Shown: positions 39,010 to 49,818 of the stretch, piece after piece
Layout: every line of letters starts with the position of its first letter
Position numbering within the stretch: the first letter of the stretch is position 1
Assembly (NCBI GenBank): GCA_039621445.1
Contig: CP154954.1
Location: 24,440,954 to 24,504,953 of the forward strand
Reading direction: 5' to 3'
DNA: 64,000 bases
Source: Euglena gracilis
Lineage: Eukaryota
Notes under the pieces: generated by a model
What the model was told of the DNA's origin: nothing
Database searches by the model: none
Seen by the model: only the letters and a program-made list of their open reading frames with translations
Position numbers and translations under genes: made by a program

Positions 39010-40260
39010 CAGGCATTATTTTTTTAAGGCGAAATTTCTCAAATTTTTGTAAGGCTTTTTTTAAGGTTTTTTAAGGTTTTTTAAGGTTTTTTGAGGATTT
39101 TAAAAAAATTTTAAGGTTTTTTAAGGCATTTTTTTCCTCAGCTAAAATGTCAGATCCCGAAGATGGTCCGATGGCTTCAGGCTCCTCTGTGGTTTCAGAA
39201 CGCCCAAGGAAGAAGCCTAGGGCGAATTATGGGGATCAGGGGCGGTCCATGAGGGACAGTTGTTGTCAACAGGCAAGCAAATGTCCTGAATAGGGTCAGA
39301 AATTTAAAGTAATTGCAATGAAAAAAAATGGATGGTTTCCAGTTTCGAGTTTCGAGGTGACCCACTCTGTATCCCATGCAACAAGGTGTTGAGCAACGTG
39401 TATGGCGGCACACTGCATGGGCACGCGTTTGGTATTGCTCACATGAAAAAGTTTGATTATTTTCTCGGTGTTCATGAGGCTATCCGGTGTGGTTGCACGG
39501 GTTGCCGCATTGCGGGTCTGCAAATCCGCGATTGCGGTTCGGATATCCACTGTGTCATTTTGTCACTGTTGTTGCAAATTCTCAATCCTATTTGCGATTC
39601 CATTCTATTCGAAATTCCAGGTGTGAAAGCTTGCAAATTCAGCAGGAATTTCTCCACATGGCAAGATTTCTGCTCCAAACGAGAAATTTCTTCCAACTGC
39701 TGCACATAAGTGCGGGGATCAAAACTTTAGTGTGCTTGGGCAAGAAAGTGGGAAAAATTCGCGGAATCACCGCTCAATTGGAGAACGCGCTGTTTTGCTT
39801 CTTGAAATGCTGTGGCAAGTGTGGGAAACTGCTCCAGCGTAGTAAATTGTCCCAATCGGCATTTTTTGTGGTTCATGCAACTTTTGCTGCAATTGCACTT
39901 TTGAGCAATTTGGGTTGACTCCTCTAAGAATGTCTCAAGTAATTCAAATCAAGAAAGACGTGGTTACAAGTTTTGCTTTTTCTGGCCGTGTGTCACAGCC
40001 TTTGGTGAACCGAGGCCAACCGAACTATGCCAGAAACCTTGGCAAACAATCCAGTTTTGTTTGTTCACAACCGCTTCTGTATTGACTGGCTTAATGCGGG
40101 GTTTCAGACATACCATTATTTGTTTGGTGCAAGAAAAATTTTTCTCAGGGATAATTTTAAGGTTTTTTAAGGCCATCACAGGGAAGAAAAACTTCCCCGG
40201 GGTGATTTTTTTAAGGTTTTTTAAGGTTTTTTTAAGGCGCCTTAAAAATAATAATGCCTG
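39010..40260 (+). mobile_element. Internally deleted hAT-like element with transposase remnants and (TTAAGGTTTT)n arrays
   Basis: TIR CAGGCATTATT..TTTAAGGCG / CGCCTTAAAAATAATAATGCCTG. TSD GGGGGGAG/GGGGGCAG. Encodes LCIPCNKVLSNVYGGTLHGHAFGIAHMKK, a C2H2/BED-like finger. Confidence 0.8.
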
Positions 40261-41616
40261 GGGGGCAGCTGGCAGTGTACACCCCTTTATGGTTTTGCAG
40301 ACCCAGGGAGGGCGTTGCCAGAGAGGTGCTGCGAGGGCGCACCCTCGGTGTCTCCGATGCTCCGGGGCCCAAAAGTTATTCAGAAGGGAATTCTGCCTGG
40401 TTGAGACTCTGTCCCCCCGGTTGGTCCGCCGCACATAACGTGGGATTTTTTAAAGCGCCCGTTCCCATGGTTTGCATTAATGAGCCCCATGTGCTAGTAA
40501 CGAGCCCAGCAACTGCTTAGTGGGCCACGGGTGGCGATGCGCTGTCCCTCCTCTGCCTGTGAGACCATGAGAGGTGGTTGCCCTGCGCTGACCCCTGCTG
40601 TGACAGCAGGACACCGTGGTGCAGCTGCCTCTCGAGTTCAAGGCACACCGCAAGCAGGTTTTTCTCTTTGATCGGTATCTTTTCCTGGACCATCCAGAAT
40701 CAAGTTTTGTCGCAAGGTTGCCATTCCGGATGGAGACGGAAATAGCTGATGACGAAGACCAAACTGGTCAGCGGCGAATTCCTTGTGATCCGTGGCCATA
40801 TTCACTTAACACCTGCGTGACCCCTCTGGGGGGATTTCACGAATGGGTGGGTGGGAAGGTCGTTGGGGCGGTGTGCTCCATGGGCAGGCTTCTTTTTTTT
40901 TGGTAAGTTTGCTCCCCCAGGGAGTGACAAGGGCAGGCAGGAGGTTCGGGCATCGACCCCCTGGGGAGGTCGCGTTTTGGGCGTGGGTCGTGCTTTAGCA
41001 CACCCACCGAAAATTGGCTTGGTTGGCAGGTGCCGGGGCTGAAAAACTGACTCTCCTCGGGGGGGAGGGATGTTCCTGCTATGGGCAGGCACCCCATATC
41101 ACGAGGCACTCCCTCCCCCCCCCCACGGTAGGTAAAAAGAACCTTGGCCATGGGTCAGTCCCACCTGTGTGAAGCTTGGGCTGGAAAAAACGTTTTTTCG
41201 AGTGTTTTCAGCCAAGTTTGGGTGAGCTTTGGGTGGTTGGGTGGGTGGGTGGGCGCCCCCTCCAGGGGGAGACCGTGCATGGGTCCGTTTTCGAAAAAAA
41301 GTGGGCGGGTTTGGGCCTGGAAAAAGTCCCCCCCTCACCCAGAGGCTAAGCGGAAGTGGTCAGTATTTGTATCTTCAATGGGAATGCTGCTGCTGGCGTC
41401 GTCGCAAGCTGCTTTCATTTCGACCCACAGGCAGAGGAAGTAGAAAAACCTTCAGCGACACATGAACATTCCGCCCGCTTCTTCCAGTTAAAAGCGCACC
41501 GTATGATGGCCTGAATGCCAACACACGTGACGCACAAACGGTCTGCCATTTCCACGCTTTTTGTTTCCATGTCTCTCCTTGCAATGCCCAGTTCAGGCTG
41601 GGTTGGAGGATCAATG

Positions 41617-42021
41617 CAGGGGGGGGGAATGCGTTTCGCATTTTTTCGCATTTTTTGCGCATTTTTTTTCATTTTTTTCAGCGCATTTTTTTTGCTTTTT
41701 GGCACATTTTTTCGTGATTTTCCAAAATTTTCGCATTTTTTGACCATTTTTGTAATTTTTTGCAAAAATTTGAAATTTTCGACTTTTTTTGAAACTTACA
41801 TTTTCCTCATTATTCTACATAATTTCTTCAAATTTGGTGCCATTTTTCCATGTTTTTGGGTAATTTTTGCATTTTCGTGATTTTTGCGCATTTTTTCTCG
41901 GATTTTGCACATTTTTGCGCATTTTTTCCAAAAATGCGCATTTTTTGCGCATTTTTGCGCATTTTTGCGCATTTTTGCGCATTTTTTCCGAGGCCGGGCG
42001 AGCGCATTCCCCCCCCCCCTG
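41617..42021. mobile_element. MITE with (ATTTTTGCGC)n arrays; right-end-only relative at ~58774-58862
   Basis: TIR CAGnAATGCG / CGCATTCnTG. Flanking direct repeat ATCAATG. Confidence 0.85.
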
Positions 42022-44217
42022 ATCAATGCCACCAAGGGGGGTGGTGACATCCAGCCTGCCCAAACTTTCAGCCATTTCAGCACCCCTGGCCCAGGGGTCC
42101 TCACAGGGACTGTTCAGAAAGGGTCAGTCCACCCCTGGGAAACTGTCTGTCTGTTACTGCTGACCTGTCATCATAGGAGGCTGTATCTGCTGACATGTCT
42201 TCCATTAATATATTTTAAGAGTTTTTGTGTCGGCCAGGGTCAAAAGAATGCCAATTTTTATTTTCTTCGACCCGGACCCCCAGAAAATCGCCCTCTGGTC
42301 CCCTGTCTTCACAGGGACCTGTTTCCGACCTCTGTACTCGCTGATCAGTTTGTCAGTTTGTCAGATGTCAGTTTCCCTGTTGGCGTGGGTACAACAGTTT
42401 TTGCTTTATTTTTGGCCATTTTCCTATTTTTTGTTTGAAAATTTTGACTTTCAAGAAATCTTCATTTTCGACCCCAATTTTCTTCTGGGACAAATAATTG
42501 CCAATTTTTCCATTTTTGCATTTTTTTTGTCAACAACGGCATATTTTTATGCAAAATAAAAGTTTCCTGGTGGAGGTGGAAATTTTTCTAAGTCCTTTCC
42601 AGCAGAAAGTGCACATCCCGGGGAGCTCCTGAAGGATTTTACATATGCAACTTTTTTTTGCGTTATTTTGCGTTTTTTTTTTTGGCGTCATCTGTTTTTG
42701 CGCCTGCGCGTTGCAAGCGTTTTTTTTTTTTGGCGTCGCGCTCGCCAAATGTCCATTTTGCATTCCCTCCCCCTGCGGGATGAGGTAGGGTGGCCAGGTT
42801 TTCAAAAGGTGGGTGGGTGCAGGGTTTCCCACAAATTCGTGCCGCAAAAAAACCACAAATGATCACAAACCAGCACAAAATTTGGGACTTCCCAAATACA
42901 TGTACAAGTAATACAAGTACCTGACGAAGGGGGAAAATGGGTCGGAGGGAATTTTAACAGGAAATTTGTGAGGTTTGTTGAGTCGAAATTATTCTGCGAC
43001 CTTAGGATTAAGTTTCTCCACGACTTCTCTGAGGATCAATTTGGGATCAAGCATTCAAACACGGGGCTGACTTTTACGTTTTAGAAGTTCCCATCCCACC
43101 GCATTCAACAATCCACAGGATAAAGTACCAAATACCCCCCGGGCGCTTGACCCCCCTCCTCCTTACATGCAAATTTGTCACCCCTCAAAGCAAAGTTGGC
43201 CTTTAGCCTTTTGCATATGACCGCCAGAATTCTTAACATACAAATTTGGCCACCCCTAAGGTTGGCCCGGGCCCTCCGCACAGGGAGGGGTGAGGGGGTT
43301 GCCCTTGTGTCAGCAAAACACACACAATGTCTGGTGTCCCGGGACCTCCGCCCGATGCATCGACACAAACACGTCACTCCCAGGCTGGGCTGTACGGGAT
43401 GCCCCGCAACAGATGGGTGTGTCGGGTGGGGGTCGACCACCTCCCCACCCCCATCCTGGTGGTATGGGGGGCGGGTCCCTCCCATCAGGCCTTCCCTTAT
43501 TTCCCGTTGCGCCAATTTTTAGGTCAAATTTTTCTTTTGGCGCCTTGGCGCTGAAGGAATTTTCTTTGAACAGGTCCCACGGTGGGCGGGAGTTGACCCC
43601 CCCCCCCCAGGCCTTCCCGTACAGCCCTGCCCCCCAGGGCAACCGCATGCATTTCTTCTTCCCCTGACCCTCCCTCCAGAGACAACCGATGGGCTGCCCA
43701 CCTCGTGCCCCAGCGCCCCCGGCCCTGCAGAGGCCTCCCCGGCTCCCCCGGTCGCCGACCCCCCGGACCGGGTCCAACGGCCCCACGCAGTCCCGCCTCC
43801 CAACCCGGCGGAACAATGAGGGAGGCGCCCAGGGACCGGAGGAGAGCGGAGGCCTGCGGGGGCGACGGTGCGGGTGGAAGCCGGGCGGCAACGGGCGGGG
43901 GGGGGGGGCGGCGCATTTGGCGCTGTGGTTTGATCTGTGTCGGGCCAGCGGCCGGGCCGGCCCGCCTCCTCCGGCGCGCTGTCCGACAGCCACGGCCACG
44001 GTCCTTGGCGACTGCTCCGGTGACCCCGCCTTTTGCCGGCGCGCCTCCGCCCAGAGTGGGCGATCAACAAAGCTGCACACGGGCTGGAGCAGGTGGTGGA
44101 GGATCATTGCTGATGTCAAAACCCCCGAAAAAAATCTGCGATTGCCGAGCTCGTGAACAGGAAAAAAATTTTGCTTGGCCATCCTGGGGTGTATTTTAGT
44201 ACCCCTCCTGGGGGGGT

Positions 44218-44651
44218 ACACCAAGAGCACAGAGCCCAGGTGGGGTCCAAAGGGTCGGGGAAACAGCAGCAGCAGCAGCATCCCAGCAAGCAGCAGCGGA
44301 AAGTATTTCCTTCCCAGGGGGACCCGGAGGGCCGTGGTGGTAAAAAGGGTCCACTGCAGGTGACACCGGTACTCGCCGGCACGCAGTGGAGGAGTAGACC
44401 CCTTACCACCCCGAGCACCTCTTGGGAACGAAATCGAGCAGCAACAGAAGCAGCAGCAGCAGCAGCAGCAAGAAAGGGGAGCCAAAAGCTCAAGGGGGAG
44501 GGGAAGGGCCAGGAAACCACAAAACGGACGTTTGAAGTCCCAGTGAATATGGGGTCAGACAATTATTGGGAGTTGCTCCGAAGAAAGGGCCAGAAGCGGA
44601 ATGTAGCGCCAGGCCTTGAACCAGACAGAAGCGAAAGTGCATCTAAGGGGG
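44218..44651 (+). repeat. 5' pseudo-LTR
   Basis: Highly similar to 49389-49818 and in frame with the GIY-YIG ORF. Confidence 0.9.
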
Positions 44652-44926
44652 ATCACCCGCGCAAGCCGTGGGGTCCTGCACTCTCAGGACATGACATCCA
44701 AGAATTGCACTCCCATACCCTTGGACAAAAAACATTTTTTTTCCGGGAAAGATTTCAAGATTTTCAACTGGAGGGTCCATCGTGCCTGGTAAAAAATCTG
44801 GAAGGAAGGAGCGTGAAGGAAGTCCAGACCAAGGTGGCCTCCATCCAGCACCGGTGGTGGGCAGATGGTGACTCCCACCATGTCCCGCAATTTGTGGAAG
44901 GAAGGGATTCTGGCACAATCTCAGAG

Positions 44927-45212
44927 ATCTATTACATGCACCATTTGCCTTCAGGGAAGGGGTACGTGGGCCTGGCCCACCATGGTGCGCAAGAGCGCAT
45001 GAAAACACATTGGGGGTGTCAAAACCGGGAGACTGACCCCATCAGCATGATGATGCGCAACAGCTCCAGTGCTTTTGAATGGATCTGTTGGCCAGTGGAG
45101 AGGTTCCCAGGACGCCGAGAATGGCACAAACAGTTTCACAAGAAAGCTGCCCATCGAGAGGGCTGGTGGGCATCTTTCCTGGGCACCTGGTGGCCGCGGG
45201 GCTTCAACTGGG
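44927..45212 (+). pseudogene. GIY-YIG endonuclease domain
   Basis: IYYMHHLPSGKGYVG..ERMKTH...REGWW...TWWPRGFN: GIY/YIG-like motifs, conserved R/H, catalytic E and the P-G-x-N end motif. No CCHH cysteines. Confidence 0.85.
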
Positions 45213-45680
45213 GAGCACTGGCGGGTACCATAAAGGTGGTGTAAAGGCGGATTGGAACACCCACCGAGAAAATTTTCACCGAGAGTGGTACAGCAAGTCG
45301 GAAAGAGGACTGGCAGATGCGAAACAGTGGGTGACGGATATTTGTGACGCCATCACCTCTTTTCTGGAGCGTTTGGTGCGGGAGGAGCTCAAGCGACACA
45401 AGGAGCTCAAGAAGAAGCCCAAAGGAGATTTTGTGAAATTGCTAATCACCCACAAAGGATGGAACGCACCAGAGGTGAGGAAAGTGATCCGGGAATTGCA
45501 GGTTTGCAAGTTGCACCCAGACCGAACAGCAGCAGAACACATTTGGGTGTGCGAACGCAAAGTTCCACCCATTGGCAGCTGGTTGCTGAATTACACTGCG
45601 CTTGAAGATGAGGACCTCACCGCGAAACAGAGAGCCGAACTCTTAACTGGGAAAACATCAACGGTGAGAAAGACCCCAAA

Positions 45681-47350
45681 AGTTTCTGTCATATCCTTCA
45701 TCCACGGGTGGAAGATGTGTGGAAAGGACATATCGGCACCGCAGATGTCAGGAAGTTCAACAGTCCGCTTGTACGTGGGTTGTTGATCAAGGGGCAAGCC
45801 TACAAGCTGGAACACAGGGCTGAGACCTTGCTGCAGGAGTTAGGAAAGGGGCTGTATCCAGTAAATGATGAAAAGGGGAGGAGACCCTATAGATTTTGAA
45901 GCCTGGAAATTGTCAATCATCCAGAGAGTGAAGGAGAAGCTCACAGGCTCTGACAACGCCATGTTCCCCACAGGAGACATGGGCCAGAAAGAAATCCGGG
46001 CCATCCAAGAGCATTTGGTGTTTCTGAAGGAAGACTGGGCACCGCATGTTGGGGTGGCCATGTACACGTACAGATATATGTGGGGGCACACCTTTCAGGT
46101 GGACAAGGAAGACCCACAAGCCCTGACCCAAAGGCATTGGGATTTCCTCGAAAAGAGAGGGCTGCAGCCCAACAGGCACATATTTATGGAATCTGGAAAT
46201 CTGCCAAAAGGAACCTGCAGTGGATAAGCGGTGTGAGAAAAGACAAGGAGGAGGAAAAACGAAAGGAAAACACAGAGCCAGAAGGGTCCATTGCAGGCGC
46301 CGGCAAGGAGTTGGTGGGTGTGCACACACAAGTGATGCATTCACTCCGAAGCAAGGACGCCCACAACCGCAGGAAAGGGTTGGCCAAGGCATGCTGGTTT
46401 GTTGAATCGGTCGGGGAGGTGGCACAGCCGTTGCGCTTTGAAGTCACAGATGTGGCCAAACGGGGCGCAATGGCAACTACGGTGGATTTTGTAACAATGT
46501 ACCCCTCATTTGACCAGATGTTGTTGAAGGACAGGCTCAGGGATGCGATCTGTGGGTTTGGGAATGGGAGGAAAAGAGATTGGAAGCGAGGCACCAGCTG
46601 CGGGCAAGGAAAGACAGGTGGGTGCACCTCATGCCAGAGGAAGCAGCACAGGATGCTTCTGGATGCTTGTCAAAGGAGGAGGTGTTGAAAATGGTGCAAT
46701 TTGTGATTGACACTGGGTTCATCAAGAGGGGAAGCACGCTGCTGAAGCAGGTGAAAGGGTTTGGGATGGGGTTGGCGTGTGCACCCCAAATTGCCAACCT
46801 GGACTGCTACCCTGTTGAGAGAGGTTTTGACGCCACAAAGACACTTGAGGAAATGGAGCACAATTACCGTTTCATTGATGATATTCATTCATTTTCCGGA
46901 TGCATCCCGACTGCAGAGCAGTATGGCATGCAGTACAAATACACAAAGACCAATGATGGAGAATCTGTGTACCTCGGAATGGTCCTCAAGTGGCTCCCGC
47001 TAGTGCACACGGGGGAAATGAAGTTCTTCACCGGAATGCATTTCAGAGATTGCACGTACCCAATCCGAATCAGGAGGTACCCAGGGGCAGGGTCAATGGT
47101 CGCAGACTCCCAGCGCTTAGGGGTCCTCACTGGCCAGTTCATCAGAGCACAAAGGCTGTGCTCTACGCTGCAAATGTTCAAATTTGCAGTGCAGGGCATT
47201 GTCCTGGCAGCCACCCGTAGGGGGTATTTTAGGCATGAACTGGACCGCATGTGGAGCAAATTCCTTGCTGATTGGTGGAAAGCGGAAGAAATCCGGCGGG
47301 TGGAGCTGCTTTCGTGGTTCCGCAAAATGACTCGTGTGGTGAGGCTGCAA
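45681..47350 (+). pseudogene. PLE linker and reverse transcriptase (frameshifted)
   Basis: GHIGTAD..LLIKG linker, IYGIWKSAK, DFVTMYPS (46485), QVKGFGMG..APQIANL (46748), YRFIDD (46865), YLG, and thumb GVLTGQFIRAQRLCS. Confidence 0.92.
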
Positions 47351-47404
47351 GTGCAGAAGGAGGGCAAGGAGCACAGCAAAGCTGTCCCATTTGCAAAGAA
47401 ATTG

Positions 47405-47458
47405 TGCCGGTTTGGAAGCGGGTGTTTGTACCAAGAAGTTGGGTGCCCATTCCAGCAC
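47405..47458 (+). pseudogene. CCCH zinc finger in the RT frame
   Basis: CRFGSGCLYQEVGCPFQH (C-x5-C-x6-C-x3-H). Confidence 0.75.
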
Positions 47459-47556
47459 AAGGTGCCAGTCCGTCAGCACCCTGCACGCCAACGCTGCTGT
47501 GGGCACAGCGGGGAAGTAGTCAGGAAGAACCAAGCAACCCTGTGGCTAGCAGCCCC

Positions 47557-47943
47557 GATGGGTCATGTCTGTTCCATTGCGCTGCCGTGTCTAACGAGGG
47601 CACCGTGGCACTGGAACTGCGCCGCAAAGTATGCAAAGTACGCAAAGTAAGCAGCTTATGTCAGGGAGGAATGGGATACAGAGATCCCGGGTTCGGGAAT
47701 GTCGGTAGGACAAACCCTGACAACCCTGGACTGGGACAAGGAGGGATATTTGGCATCAGTGGTCAGCCATATCCATTGGGCTGAAGAACCGGAGCTGGCT
47801 TTGTTGCCTCCTGTCTTGAAATTCAGACTGCGGGTGTTTCTGGACCATGGTGACCATTGTCAAGAGTGCACACAACATGGCTCCAGAGGTCCCCTCAGGC
47901 GGGTGGTGTTCCACCAAAACAGGGGTCATTACGACGCGATCAT
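47557..47943 (+). pseudogene. OTU-like cysteine protease domain (frameshifted)
   Basis: DGSCLFH...LRRKV, then WAEEPEL...GHYDAI, matching the OTU Cys box, W-x4-EL and His box. Confidence 0.8.
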
Positions 47944-48194
47944 GATGGACGGAAGCCCGGATCCAGAGAGGAGCCACCACACAACCCACTTGAAGGTGAG
48001 GAAACCACTGCTAATGGTGCCAACCAGGGCTGAGAACAAAGCCGAAGCTTACCAGAAAGCTGTGCAGAAGCGCAGAGCAAAGATCAGGAGGGAGAAAGCT
48101 AGTCGCCAGGGCAATGTTTTCATTGATGACGACGTGGAGTTGTTGATGAGTTTTGTAGAGCGCAGCAGTGACACGAGTGTTGACTGCAACAACT

Positions 48195-48385
48195 CCGTGG
48201 CAAGCCCTGGGGGTCCGAGAAACCACCCCCAGCCAGGACTGCATGGCAGTTTACAAGAGGATGAGCTTTCTGATCCACCCGGATGAATGTTCCCACCCAA
48301 AGAGCAAAGAGGCTTTTCAGAAGCTGGGAGATGCCAAGGATTGGGTGGATGACAGAGAAGCGTGGTACACAAATTACCAACAAAG
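48195..48385 (+). pseudogene. DnaJ J-domain
   Basis: PWQALGV...YKRMSFLIHPDECSHPKSKEAFQKLGDAKDWVDD with intact HPD. Confidence 0.85.
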
Positions 48386-49388
48386 GGAGGCGTCCGACCG
48401 ATTGGCGAGGTGTTGGGCACTCTGGGTTGCTGGAGGCGGGCAGCTCAACATCTTGCTGGTAGAAGAAGACCTGCAACGCCATTGTGGTTTGGGAGAGGAG
48501 GGCGTGTTGCGCATACAGCTGGAGGAGGAGGCCGAGTGGCAGCACATCGGTTTGGCATGGGTGGAAACCGAGGTACTGTTGCAGAGCAGGCCCAGGCAAA
48601 GCACACGCACCAGGACCCAACCTCAATGGTACCAGAGTGAACAAACAGAGCACAGAGAACAGAATATGAGGCGCCAGGCGAGGGCGTCAGGCAAAGAGAG
48701 GTTCTCTTCTGATGGGGACACAGAAATGGCAGCAAAAGAGGAGAGCCACGACTGGAAGGCAGGGGAGCGGATAGGCGAGGCCGAGAACCGTGGTCCTCCG
48801 GTCACAGCCAAAGGGGGTCCCTGGGGACAAAAAAAAGGCGAGAGCCGGGGCATGCACCAAGTGCCCAACAAGCTCCTGGAGGCAGCCAGCCCCATCAGAA
48901 ATGGCACCAACCCGTTTAGCAAAACAAACCAAACAGTGCCGAAGGCTGGACCACAGTCCGAGGCACCGGAAAATCAACTTCTACACACACTCCCAACCAC
49001 CCGCCTTGATTTTGCCACCACAGTTTGGAGGTAACCACACAAAAGGTGGACACACCCACACCGACACCAACGCCCGCAGCAATGGCAAGGCGTGCTGGTT
49101 TGCACAGCAGTGTCTGTACCAGTACCCAGCCAACTGGTGGGGATACACCCAAAAAGTGCAGCCCACAGAGAAGGGCACCCCATGGGGAGGGCGGGGCAGA
49201 CCCACGGGGGAACAGCGCATGTGCAAGTATGGTATGGGATGCTGGTGGAGGACCACCAGCATCCCATAACCACCACCACCACCAGAACGCAACGCAAGAA
49301 TTGGGAACCAAACCAAGAGCACGATCTCATCATCATGCCCATCCAATTGCGAACAACGACGCAGACAGCAACACAACAATTGGGAACC

Positions 49389-49818
49389 ACACCAAGAGCA
49401 CAGAACCCAGGTGGGGTCCAAAGGGTCGAGAAAACAGCAGCAGCAGCAGCAGCCCAGCAAGCAGCAGCGGAAAGTATTTCCTTCCCAGGGGGACCCGGAG
49501 GGCCGTGGTGGTAAAAAGGACCCACTGCCGGTGACACCGGCACCCGCTGGCACGCAATGGAAGAGTAGACCCCTTACCACCCCGAGCAGCACTTGGGAAT
49601 GAAATCGAGCAGCAACAGAAGCAGAGCAGCAGCAGCAAGAAAGGGGAGCCAAAAGCTCAAAGGGGAGGGGAAGGGCCAGGAAACCACAAAACGGACGTTT
49701 GAAGTCCCAGTGAATATGGGGTCAGACAATTATTGGGAGTTGCTCCGAAGAAAGGGCCAGAAGCGGAATGCAGCGCCAGGCCTTAAACCAGACAGAAGCC
49801 AAAGTGCACCTAAGGGGG
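49389..49818 (+). repeat. 3' pseudo-LTR
   Basis: Direct repeat of 44218-44651. Confidence 0.9.

Larger units (their letters stand above)
44218..49818 (+). mobile_element. Penelope-like retroelement with N-terminal GIY-YIG (Naiad/Chlamys-type), degenerate
   Basis: GIY-YIG followed by PLE-type RT across several frameshifts, bounded by ~430-bp direct repeats. Confidence 0.9.

Noticed and set aside
43310-44485. 391-aa minus-strand ORF and similar GC-rich ORFs at 16.6-17.4 and 21.0-21.9 kb
   Set aside because: Span unrelated repeats, are open in several frames because of GC richness, and show no domain motifs.
44218-44651. Hammerhead ribozyme in the pseudo-LTR
   Set aside because: No CTGANGA...GAAA core seen by eye, consistent with N-terminal-EN PLEs. 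A covariance search would be needed to exclude variants.
48168-49034. Stand-alone host DnaJ gene
   Set aside because: Lies inside the pseudo-LTR-bounded unit, colinear with the other degenerate domains, with no independent gene structure.
44218-49818. LTR retrotransposon interpretation of the direct repeats
   Set aside because: No TG...CA ends, gag, aspartic protease, RNase H or integrase. RT and GIY-YIG are PLE-type.
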